A stretch of 64,000 bases of DNA from a virus: IMG/VR virus record IMGVR_UViG_3300035670_008749, positions 13,633-77,632 of that record; one strand, written 5' to 3'. The translations under genes and the position numbers were made by a program. The notes below the pieces were generated by a model. That model was not told the DNA's origin. It made no database searches and saw nothing but the letters and a program-made list of their open reading frames with translations. Positions 1 through 8,061 of the stretch are shown piece by piece (within the stretch, counting starts at the first letter, position 1; every line of letters starts with the position of its first letter).

Positions 1-2
1 AT

Positions 3-374
3 ATAAAAGACGAGGTTTTACACGTTATAAATCACGTCGTTGAAAATGACATATCCCAATATATGTATGGTCCATGGAATGTGATCTGGGTAAACGGAGA
101 ATGGGAAATGGAAATACCAGAGACTGACGAAAACGGGAAAGAAATAGAAAACGGAGAGAGTACTTTTATTCCTATAATGGAGTCAATGTTGGAAGTATAT
201 TTTTCTCCTATGGTTGTAGTTTCAAAAGAAACTGTTTTTACTGAGGAAGAAATGGAGGAAAAGCCAGAAACGGTTGATCTACAAAAACAATTAGAAAAAG
301 CTCTAAGCGATGAAAATTATGAACTAGCTTCAAAACTTAGAGATCTAATTGAGGTATATAAGAAACAGAAATGA
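3..374 (+). CDS. UvrB/UvrC-motif (UVR coiled-coil) protein, 5'-truncated by the window edge
   Basis: Frame is open from nt 3, upstream of the track start at 63. C-terminal LQKQLEKALSDENYELASKLRDLI is the UVR motif. Confidence 0.7.
   Translation: MKDEVLHVINHVVENDISQYMYGPWNVIWVNGEWEMEIPETDENGKEIENGESTFIPIMESMLEVYFSPMVVVSKETVFTEEEMEEKPETVDLQKQLEKALSDENYELASKLRDLIEVYKKQK
353..360 (+). promoter_or_regulatory. Late-promoter variant GGTATATA
   Basis: One mismatch to GATATATA, ending 10 nt before ATG 371. Confidence 0.45.
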
Positions 375-1243
375 AAAGAAGAATCAAGCTAATAAACGAA
401 CAATTTGCACAATCTATAAATGGTGATGGGTTTAATAGTTCCAACGGAGTATTTAAAGTCAACTACAAGGCTTACTCCGATCTTTCCATTGCGGTTGGAA
501 GAGATGCAGATCCTAGTTTATTAGTCAAGGATTCTGTTTTTCAAGTTGGTGACATAGTAGAAGGTAAAGCAAAAGGAACAAATAAAAAGATAAAAGGCGA
601 AGTCATAGAAACGTTTAAAGCTACTGATGGTAAGTCCTATATCATAAAAATACAGTCATTAAAAAATAAAAAAAATTACACACTAATCCCAGGATCTATT
701 GAATTTTGTGAGGATAGAGGTAATTCAAAAAATGTTATGGGAATGGGAATAGATTCCAGGGAAAAAAACGCACAAAATCTTAAATATAACGGGGGAAACA
801 TTATTTGGGGATCTTTAGAAAATAAAGCCCTAGATCATCCATATTTGGATGTTGAAGGTGATCCAGTAGAAGGACCGATGGGAACTGGCTGGAAAATTCA
901 ATTCTCCGACAATTTACCGGAGGAGGATCTTGTGTTTAATTGTTTTATACCAGCTCCAGAAAAAAATACTATACATTTTTCTAGGTCATCCACCAATAGT
1001 GCATTTAAGGACATTTTAAAAGCAGCAGAGGCATTCTGTTATTTCTGTTATCATCCTGAACTTTCAGAAGAAACCCTAGATTTAAAAACTCTACTTTCCA
1101 TTTTATTTTTAGAATTAAAAAACGAAATGGAACCAAAAAAACATGTTATACAGCATTTCCCTTCGATTTGTAATAAGTCATACGGAGAATCCAAAGACGA
1201 AAATATAGAAAAAGCAAGAGAAATCATAAACCGATTTTTGTAA
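371..1243 (+). CDS. Hypothetical protein, probably late/virion-associated
   Basis: 290 aa ORF. N-terminal MKRRIKLINEQF resembles the head-protein leader motif. Confidence 0.6.
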   Translation: MKRRIKLINEQFAQSINGDGFNSSNGVFKVNYKAYSDLSIAVGRDADPSLLVKDSVFQVGDIVEGKAKGTNKKIKGEVIETFKATDGKSYIIKIQSLKNKKNYTLIPGSIEFCEDRGNSKNVMGMGIDSREKNAQNLKYNGGNIIWGSLENKALDHPYLDVEGDPVEGPMGTGWKIQFSDNLPEEDLVFNCFIPAPEKNTIHFSRSSTNSAFKDILKAAEAFCYFCYHPELSEETLDLKTLLSILFLELKNEMEPKKHVIQHFPSICNKSYGESKDENIEKAREIINRFL

Positions 1244-2028
1244 TGTCCATAGAGAGAAAGAGAAATCTTTTAAGAGTAACAAGGGAAAGATTTGTTAATG
1301 GTATAAAGCCGCCGGCTCCTCCGCCAAATCATATGACTACCCCAAGTGTAGAAAAAAAAGAAATTATCCATAATAAATCGGAAAGGATAAAGACATCTAT
1401 AAAATCATCCTATCTAGGAAATTCACTCTATCCTAATTACATAAATAAATTTAACGGGGAGACATTTATTGTAGCAGGATGTGGTTCATCTATTAATATC
1501 TATAAGGACTTTAGTAAATATTATGTAATAGGGGTTAATGATATAGAGAGAATATTAACTCCAGATTTTTTAGTGGTAGTAAACGACCATAGAACTTTTA
1601 TGAGAGGAAGATGGGAATATGTAAGGGATTCTTTAAGTCCTGTCATATTTACACACCTTGATAATCCCGGACCTATAAATAGAGCTAGCCATCTATCTAG
1701 AATAAAAATAGGATCTAGGAACACCCCGAATTTAGATAATCTAACAGCTGTAGATTACACAATGAATTCACCTTACATGGCAATCATAATAGCATACCAA
1801 TTAGGAGCTAAAAAGATAGGAATGGTAGGAGTAGATTTTACACAAGATCATTTCTTTGCAAATACAGGATCACACAAACTATCTAAGCACGTTAAAAATA
1901 TTGATCAGGAATATCTTGTTCTAAGGAATCTTTTAGAAGCTAAGGGAGTAAAAGTTGCAAATCTTTCCCCTATAAGTTTATTGTCTTCCTGGCCAAAAAT
2001 GGATCTAGATCAGTTTGATTCTCTTTAA
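1243..2028 (+). CDS. DUF115/Maf-like (CstII-fold) putative sugar transferase
   Basis: IVAGCGSS, IGVND, PDFLVVVND, NSPYMAIIIAYQLGAKKIGMVGVDF motifs. Confidence 0.65.
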   Translation: MSIERKRNLLRVTRERFVNGIKPPAPPPNHMTTPSVEKKEIIHNKSERIKTSIKSSYLGNSLYPNYINKFNGETFIVAGCGSSINIYKDFSKYYVIGVNDIERILTPDFLVVVNDHRTFMRGRWEYVRDSLSPVIFTHLDNPGPINRASHLSRIKIGSRNTPNLDNLTAVDYTMNSPYMAIIIAYQLGAKKIGMVGVDFTQDHFFANTGSHKLSKHVKNIDQEYLVLRNLLEAKGVKVANLSPISLLSSWPKMDLDQFDSL

Positions 2029-2056
2029 GAAACTTATTTCTTTTTTTCAATAAAAA
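2029..2056 (+). promoter_or_regulatory. Bipartite promoter GAAACT-N16-TAAAAA
   Basis: Intergenic. Matches the four N17 copies elsewhere with a spacer 1 nt shorter. Confidence 0.4.
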
Positions 2057-2060
2057 ATAT

Positions 2061-2813
2061 ATGGACACAATAAGAAATGGATTCATTATAAGGATTCCTG
2101 AGGGGAATTACAAGGGATCATCACTTGCTAGAATTATATGTGACAGAATAAAAAGTTACTTAAGCTTAGGATATAAGTTATTTATAGTAGAGCTTTCTGA
2201 GAAGGATATAGAATTTTCCACTGAAGTTACTGAACCGGAGAAGGAGAGATTTTTTTATTATCTAGACGATCTTAATATAAGAATCGCTTTTTATATAAAG
2301 AGTAAGTATCATGTAGTATCGACCGATCCTGATTCAAGAAAAAAAGCTAAGAACGAAATTATTAAGATCGGCAGGTTTATAGAAGAGATAGACGCGGGAA
2401 GATTTGATATACCACTAATATGTCACATTGGAGGAGCTAATGGAAACAGAAGAAAAAGTATGGGGGATTTTTGTAAATTCTTTGATACTCTTCCTTGGAG
2501 AATACAGAAACAAATAGCACTAATCAATGATGATAAGCCTAGTCTTTTTTCTGTTAAGGACTTATTGTCTGTTACTTATGTAGAGAAAAAAATACCTATC
2601 ATATTTAGAACAGGATCTCATAGAACTAATCAAGGGGGTTTAACATATAAGGAAAGTCTTTTTTTAGCTGCTTCAACTTGGGCTGAAAGATCGAATCCTA
2701 TAATGTTTTATTGTCCTTCTAGCAAAGAAGAAACTATAACGGTAAACGATCTTAATCCGTACAATTTAATTATAGATGTGGCTTTTGATAACAATTTACC
2801 AGAACCTAACTAG
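2061..2813 (+). CDS. uvsE: UV-damage endonuclease UvsE homologue with substituted metal ligands
   Basis: CHIGG, INDDKPSLFSVKDL, IPIIF, GGLTYKESLFLAASTW follow the UvsE motif order. Confidence 0.75.
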   Translation: MDTIRNGFIIRIPEGNYKGSSLARIICDRIKSYLSLGYKLFIVELSEKDIEFSTEVTEPEKERFFYYLDDLNIRIAFYIKSKYHVVSTDPDSRKKAKNEIIKIGRFIEEIDAGRFDIPLICHIGGANGNRRKSMGDFCKFFDTLPWRIQKQIALINDDKPSLFSVKDLLSVTYVEKKIPIIFRTGSHRTNQGGLTYKESLFLAASTWAERSNPIMFYCPSSKEETITVNDLNPYNLIIDVAFDNNLPEPN

Positions 2814-2821
2814 AAAATTCT

Positions 2822-2829
2822 TACATTTG
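2822..2829 (+). promoter_or_regulatory. Bacteroidota sigma-A -7 element (TAnnTTTG)
   Basis: TACATTTG in the 20 nt gap before ATG 2834. Confidence 0.55.
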
Positions 2830-2833
2830 CTAT

Positions 2834-3634
2834 ATGCCAGAACTAGCAGAAATAAAAATAATGAGTGACCACATTAATAATAAATGTGGGGATAAAGAAT
2901 TTTTTCTCTTAGAAAAAAATCCAGCTCACAAGTCAAAAACGGATCTTTCCCCTATTCACGAAATAATTTCATCAGGGTGTAATATTTTCAGCGAAGCCAG
3001 AGGAAAAGAATTAAGAATGGATTTTAAAAATAAGGAAAACAAGATTTCTTTATTTTTTATGATGGGTATGTCCGGTAATTTTAAATTTGGAAATTCTCAA
3101 CAAGAACCAAAGCACACTCATTTAAAATTTCGTACAAGAGAAGGAGAATACCTTTATATGTATGATCTAAGGAGATTTGCTAGATGGAAAGTGGGAACTC
3201 AATGGAACACAGAAAGAGGTCCTTGCCCGGTAAATGAATTTGTGGAATTTAGAAAAAATTTACACGAATCCCTAGATAGAAAATGCTTTCAAAAGCCTAT
3301 CTATGAAGTATTAATGAATCAGGAATACTTTAACGGAATAGGAAATTATTTAAGAGCAGAAATACTTGGTAGGATAGATTCAGATCCCACAGTAAGCGGA
3401 AAAGAATTTATTACTAAGAATCCGGAAGTAGTTGATTTATGTAAACGTATACCACAAGAAGCTTACATATTGGGAGGAGGAAGATTAAAGGATTGGTATA
3501 ATAATGAAAAAATAAATCAAGAAGATTTAGATTTTAAATCTTGGATGCGTTTTTATGGAAACATAGAAACGTGTATGCCTTTTAAAGACTCAAACGGAAG
3601 AACTTTTTGGATTGATAAAAAATGGGTTCAGTAA
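2834..3634 (+). CDS. nei: Fpg/Nei DNA glycosylase/AP lyase, NEIL1-like (zincless finger)
   Basis: MPELAE catalytic N-terminus, ARGKEL, GMSG, DLRRF, H2TH FNGIGNYLRAEIL, DSNGRTFW; no Cys4 finger. Confidence 0.92.
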   Translation: MPELAEIKIMSDHINNKCGDKEFFLLEKNPAHKSKTDLSPIHEIISSGCNIFSEARGKELRMDFKNKENKISLFFMMGMSGNFKFGNSQQEPKHTHLKFRTREGEYLYMYDLRRFARWKVGTQWNTERGPCPVNEFVEFRKNLHESLDRKCFQKPIYEVLMNQEYFNGIGNYLRAEILGRIDSDPTVSGKEFITKNPEVVDLCKRIPQEAYILGGGRLKDWYNNEKINQEDLDFKSWMRFYGNIETCMPFKDSNGRTFWIDKKWVQ

Positions 3635-3639
3635 ATATA

Positions 3640-3906
3640 TTACCAGGCAACGTATCCTTTAGGCTTTCTTTGATTAGTAATAGCCTTACTCATCTTATCA
3701 TTAGCTTTTATAAGATCGTCGATAGTCTTAACGTAATATCTTGTTTGTCCTGGCATTCCCCAGTCTCCTTTTTTCTTAAGATCAACAAAGTCATAAGTTG
3801 TAAGCTCGTCTCCTTCTACAGGACCGTGATCAACTCTACCATCTCTTTTGGTAGCCTTTTCAAACTCATTTCTAGAGCTTATATTTTTATAACCGTATTT
3901 TTCCAT
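3640..3906 (-). CDS. Small hypothetical late protein
   Basis: Fills the gap between nei and the exonuclease; has its own GATATATA site at 3913-3920. Confidence 0.7.
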   Translation of the reverse strand: MEKYGYKNISSRNEFEKATKRDGRVDHGPVEGDELTTYDFVDLKKKGDWGMPGQTRYYVKTIDDLIKANDKMSKAITNQRKPKGYVAW

Positions 3907-3912
3907 ATAAAC

Positions 3913-3920
3913 TATATATC
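3913..3920 (-). promoter_or_regulatory. Late promoter GATATATA
   Basis: TATATATC on + strand, 6 nt upstream of minus-strand ATG 3906. Confidence 0.65.
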
Positions 3921-4616
3921 ATGTTACACAAAGGAACATTAGAAGGTTCGATTTTTTTCGACATTGAGACATCCGGATTATATCCAACATTAGAGGAGCT
4001 AAAATCAAATGATCCACACTTAGCTGAATTATGGGTTAAGCGATGTAAATGGCTACAGAAACAAGTAGATCCAGGAGAATCAACAGATCCGAGCGATCTT
4101 TGGATAAATCGTTCATCCTTACATCCTGAATTTGGTAGGATTGTTTGTGTTACCTTCGGAGTGTTTACACCGGAAGGATTGGAAAGATTAACTAGCTTTT
4201 ACGGAGATGACGAAAAAGACATCTTAGAGAAAACAAATAAAGTACTAGCAAACTCAAGATCCAAATCATATAAACTAGCAGGACAGAACATAAAAAACTT
4301 CGATGTTCCATATTTGGGTAAAAGAATGCTAATAAACAACTTAACTCCAGATCCAATAATTCAAACATGGAACAAAAAGCCATGGGAAACATCTTTTATG
4401 GATCTTGCAGAGATATTTTCATTCGGTGCGTGGGGGCAAACATTTTCATCTCTTGATTTAATTTCACATGTTTTAGGGGTGCCAACTTCTAAAGACAATA
4501 TGGAAGGGTCTCAAGTACATGAATACTATTGGGACGGTAGAGTTGAAGAGATTAAAGAATACTGTGAGCAGGATGTTGTTTGTACAATGAATTGTTTTAA
4601 GAAAATAACATCTTAA
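3921..4616 (+). CDS. DnaQ-like (PolB-type) 3'-5' exonuclease
   Basis: ExoI FFDIET, ExoII NIKNFDVPYL, ExoIII EYCEQDV. Confidence 0.9.
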   Translation: MLHKGTLEGSIFFDIETSGLYPTLEELKSNDPHLAELWVKRCKWLQKQVDPGESTDPSDLWINRSSLHPEFGRIVCVTFGVFTPEGLERLTSFYGDDEKDILEKTNKVLANSRSKSYKLAGQNIKNFDVPYLGKRMLINNLTPDPIIQTWNKKPWETSFMDLAEIFSFGAWGQTFSSLDLISHVLGVPTSKDNMEGSQVHEYYWDGRVEEIKEYCEQDVVCTMNCFKKITS

Positions 4617-4629
4617 TATAGAAGATTGG

Positions 4630-4637
4630 GATATATA
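4630..4637 (+). promoter_or_regulatory. Late promoter GATATATA
   Basis: Intergenic, 20 nt before TTG 4658. Confidence 0.65.
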
Positions 4638-4657
4638 CGTTAAAGTGATATCCTGAT

Positions 4658-5452
4658 TTGAAAAATATTTTAAATTTTTATTCTTGGGTTTTAGAAAAGG
4701 AGGAAAGGGACGATTTTTATAAAAAAGAACTAAATCCTCTATTCTGGGAAAAAATCAGCGAAGATCTCCCAGAAAATGCCGGCGCTGAAAACTATCAGTT
4801 TGATCCTAAATTAAGAAAGAAACTCCTAGAGTTAGCCGAAGATTTTTACACATCATTAGGATTCGAACCAGAAATAAAAGACATCCAATTAACAGGATCT
4901 TTAGCTAATTACAACTGGACCGATAAATCGGATTTAGATGTACACGTCTTAATAGATTTTACTGAAATAGACGAAAATTTCCCTCTTGTTAAAAAAGCAA
5001 TAGATGGTGTAAGATTTATATGGAATCTTAGACACAAAATAAAAATAAGAGGATTTGATGTGGAATTATATGTCCAAGATATTAACGAGCCCCACACTGC
5101 TTCAGGATTATATTCATTATTGAAAAACGAGTGGATTAGAGTACCCAAGTACAGTCCACCAGAAATAGATTACAAAGACGTAGATCTAAAATTCCAAGGT
5201 ATAGTTTCTGATATATTAAAAATGGAAAATTTAATGGCGGCATCAGATTTTTCAACCGTTACTGAAATTGAACTCTATAATCACGCTTTAGAAATAAAGA
5301 AAAAAATAATGAAAATGCGAAAAGAAGGACTGGAGAGAGAAGGGGAATTTTCGGTTGAAAATTTAGCATTTAAAAAATTAAGAAACGAAGGATATATAGA
5401 AAAGATAATAGAGTTAATCTCTAAAGCATATTCAAATATATACAATGAATAA
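4658..5452 (+). CDS. Pol-beta-superfamily nucleotidyltransferase
   Basis: LTGSLANYNW..SDLDVHV (GS-x-DxD) plus VELYVQ third acid. TTG start. Confidence 0.8.
   Translation: MKNILNFYSWVLEKEERDDFYKKELNPLFWEKISEDLPENAGAENYQFDPKLRKKLLELAEDFYTSLGFEPEIKDIQLTGSLANYNWTDKSDLDVHVLIDFTEIDENFPLVKKAIDGVRFIWNLRHKIKIRGFDVELYVQDINEPHTASGLYSLLKNEWIRVPKYSPPEIDYKDVDLKFQGIVSDILKMENLMAASDFSTVTEIELYNHALEIKKKIMKMRKEGLEREGEFSVENLAFKKLRNEGYIEKIIELISKAYSNIYNE
5391..5398 (+). promoter_or_regulatory. Late promoter GATATATA inside the upstream gene
   Basis: 46 nt before ATG 5445. Confidence 0.5.
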
Positions 5453-8039
5453 TAACATGAAAAAAGACATCTACGGAGGATTTAATCCCATTTTCGAAAG
5501 TATGAGAAATTCCCTTAATGAGGAAGACAGAAGCACTAGAAAAGAAAAAGCAATAGATACTATTACTGCTGTTGTTACAACATTAAACACAATGTTTAGT
5601 TTGTTACTTTCATCTAAAATGGAAGACGCTAAAACTGTAAGAGGGTTCGAGTCTATAAAGAATAAGATATTAGGCTCTGATAACTTTGGGTCTTTCAGAC
5701 AATATGTTCTTTCTTTTTTAGAATCGCTTTCGGTTTTAGACCCCTCACAAAAAGTTGCTTATGAATCTAATATAAAACTAGTTAATGGTTTGCTTGGTGG
5801 AGAAATCGAAGCTGTTTTAGGAGACCCTAAAATTTTTAAGAGCTTAAAAAATGACACTATCGCTAAGATCTTAGAAAACTTTACTAATGATCTTAAAGAC
5901 AGAGAAAACCAAATGAGAAAAACTAACCCTAAGCTTTTCGGAGAAGTTGTTAAGAAGGGAATGGTTGTTAAAGAAGGTTTAACTGAAAAAAGAAAAACCG
6001 GAGACGAAACGGATACAACAGATGCAGAATTTAGAGGGCAAGCTTTTAATAAATCTAAGGAGTCTTTAGATGCTGCTAATTCATTTGTTGGTATGGTTGA
6101 TAGAGATAAGTATGTACCAACTTTAAAAGATAACGCTGATGTAAGAAGATACAAGGAAATAGCAGATTCATTATACAAAAAAGCGCAGGATCTACAAATG
6201 ATTGATAGAGGTGGTGCTTTAGGAGGTAAAATTGTTACTCCTACTGGTGAATTTAAAGCAAAAGAATATAAAAGAAAACAGGACGATCTTATAAACGAAA
6301 TTATTAGACAGAAGAAGGAGTACGAAAGACTTAAGTCTTCTCTATTAAAAATACCTCAGCAAGAAGTTGCTGCTGACCCCGTGTGTGGACCAGGTCAGAT
6401 TTATGACAAAGCATTAGGTAAGTGCGTAGATGTTGTTAAAGATCCTTCTCCTAAGCCTAAGCCTAAGCCTACACCAGTTCCAGTTAAGGAGTGTACTTTC
6501 CCTATACCATTAAATAAGAAATGTACACAGGTAGGAGAACTACAGAAAAAACTAATGGATCTTATTCCTTCGGCTAAAACATATTTAGAAAAATTCGGAG
6601 GACAGGATAAAGTATATGGAAAAGGAACAGCAGCAGTAACTAATATTGTTTGGGGTTATTTATCTGGGCAAAGCGGACAGGCACTAACTTCTGAACTTAG
6701 TGAACCTATGTACGATGGAATAATGGCTCTAACTGATGCTGATGTAGACGTTACTTCAATAATCATAGAAGGAAATTATAATACTTACTATATTGATGAT
6801 TTTGAAGAAATGGATATCGATCAGAAGATCCAAGAAAGAGAAGAAATAAAAGGCTCATCAATTTTATCATTCGAAGATTTTTATTCAGTAATAGAAGAAT
6901 CTTATTCATTTAAAAAAATAGATGAGCAAAGCGTATTCGACAGGCTTAAAGCTAAAGCAGATCCTGCACCGGGAGCAACAGGAGCAACAGGAGCAACAGC
7001 TGCTCCTGCCCCAGCAAAAAAGAAAATCGTAGACAACTGCGTTAAAAAATCTCTAGAACAAGGTAAAGTTTTAGATTGCGTTTCTGGTACAGGACCATCA
7101 CCTACAGGACCTACTGGAGAAACTGGACCTACTGGAGAAACTGGACCTAAATGGAAAGGATTAAAACCAGTACAGGACGGAGCTTATACTGTTCTTTATG
7201 ACGAAAGTTGGGGAGAATGGTGGTCAGACGCTGCAAAAGGAGCTGTAGTAGCAGGACTTATAACTGTTGCTGTAGTTGCTACTGCGGGAGCAGCTGGTAT
7301 TGCAGTTCCTATAGGAGGTACTTTAATAGGAGCTTCTTCTCTAGGAGCATCTGGTCTTGCCGGGGCAGGAGCAGCAGTAGGAGGATTAGCAACAACAACA
7401 GCTGGAGCAGCTGTATTAACAACTGGAGCAATAGGTGGAGCTTCGATAGCAAACTGGGCAGGAAGCGACAGGAAGATGGTTACGATCCTAGTTTACAATG
7501 GATACATCGAAGAAATAGCAGTAAGAGCTATGGCTAGGGGTTTATATAACAGCTTAGGTGGAACAGTATCTTCTCAAGACTTACTAGCTATATTCTCATC
7601 ACTTATTCTTTGTAGAGGTACGTTTACAGATACTGGGGATGGTAAAGCAGTTTCAGTTTGGAGTTTGGTTAAGAGACAATACTCTTCTTTTGGAGGAGGA
7701 AGTCTAGAAGGAGATATAGCTTCTATTACTTCAGGAGGACTTGGCGGATTCGTAAAAGATTTTGTTACCGATATGGACACTATCCCAGGATTCCCTAAAT
7801 CTTTCAAAACTAAAAATCCTACGAACGGTATGCCAATTGAATTTGAAGATGCTAAAGACGCTTGTGTAGCTGCAACTGGTAAATTAAATTCTAACGAACC
7901 TAAATTAATGGAGAATCTTAAGAATATAAAAGAAGAAGATCTAGAATTACTTGGGGATCTAATGGAAGAAATCACCGACGGTGTAGTAGCAGAAATTGGA
8001 GCTTCTGCAGAAAAAGGGGAAGAAAAATCCGAAGAATAG
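5445..8039 (+). CDS. Large putative internal virion/ejection protein (coiled coil, PG-binding-like segment, Gly/Ala hydrophobic hairpin)
   Basis: Directly upstream of the protease and capsid genes. QVGELQKKL...DKVYGKGTAA, GAT/PTG repeats and an approximately 75 aa uncharged Gly/Ala stretch. Start may be 5457. Confidence 0.55.
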   Translation: MNNNMKKDIYGGFNPIFESMRNSLNEEDRSTRKEKAIDTITAVVTTLNTMFSLLLSSKMEDAKTVRGFESIKNKILGSDNFGSFRQYVLSFLESLSVLDPSQKVAYESNIKLVNGLLGGEIEAVLGDPKIFKSLKNDTIAKILENFTNDLKDRENQMRKTNPKLFGEVVKKGMVVKEGLTEKRKTGDETDTTDAEFRGQAFNKSKESLDAANSFVGMVDRDKYVPTLKDNADVRRYKEIADSLYKKAQDLQMIDRGGALGGKIVTPTGEFKAKEYKRKQDDLINEIIRQKKEYERLKSSLLKIPQQEVAADPVCGPGQIYDKALGKCVDVVKDPSPKPKPKPTPVPVKECTFPIPLNKKCTQVGELQKKLMDLIPSAKTYLEKFGGQDKVYGKGTAAVTNIVWGYLSGQSGQALTSELSEPMYDGIMALTDADVDVTSIIIEGNYNTYYIDDFEEMDIDQKIQEREEIKGSSILSFEDFYSVIEESYSFKKIDEQSVFDRLKAKADPAPGATGATGATAAPAPAKKKIVDNCVKKSLEQGKVLDCVSGTGPSPTGPTGETGPTGETGPKWKGLKPVQDGAYTVLYDESWGEWWSDAAKGAVVAGLITVAVVATAGAAGIAVPIGGTLIGASSLGASGLAGAGAAVGGLATTTAGAAVLTTGAIGGASIANWAGSDRKMVTILVYNGYIEEIAVRAMARGLYNSLGGTVSSQDLLAIFSSLILCRGTFTDTGDGKAVSVWSLVKRQYSSFGGGSLEGDIASITSGGLGGFVKDFVTDMDTIPGFPKSFKTKNPTNGMPIEFEDAKDACVAATGKLNSNEPKLMENLKNIKEEDLELLGDLMEEITDGVVAEIGASAEKGEEKSEE

Positions 8040-8042
8040 TTA

Positions 8043-8050
8043 GATATATA
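8043..8050 (+). promoter_or_regulatory. Late promoter GATATATA
   Basis: Intergenic, 11 nt before the protease ATG. Confidence 0.7.
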
Positions 8051-8061
8051 AAAAAACAAAA

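Noticed and set aside
3622-3942. 106 aa + strand ORF
   Set aside because: Antisense shadow of 3640-3906, which has its own promoter; it also overlaps both neighbours.
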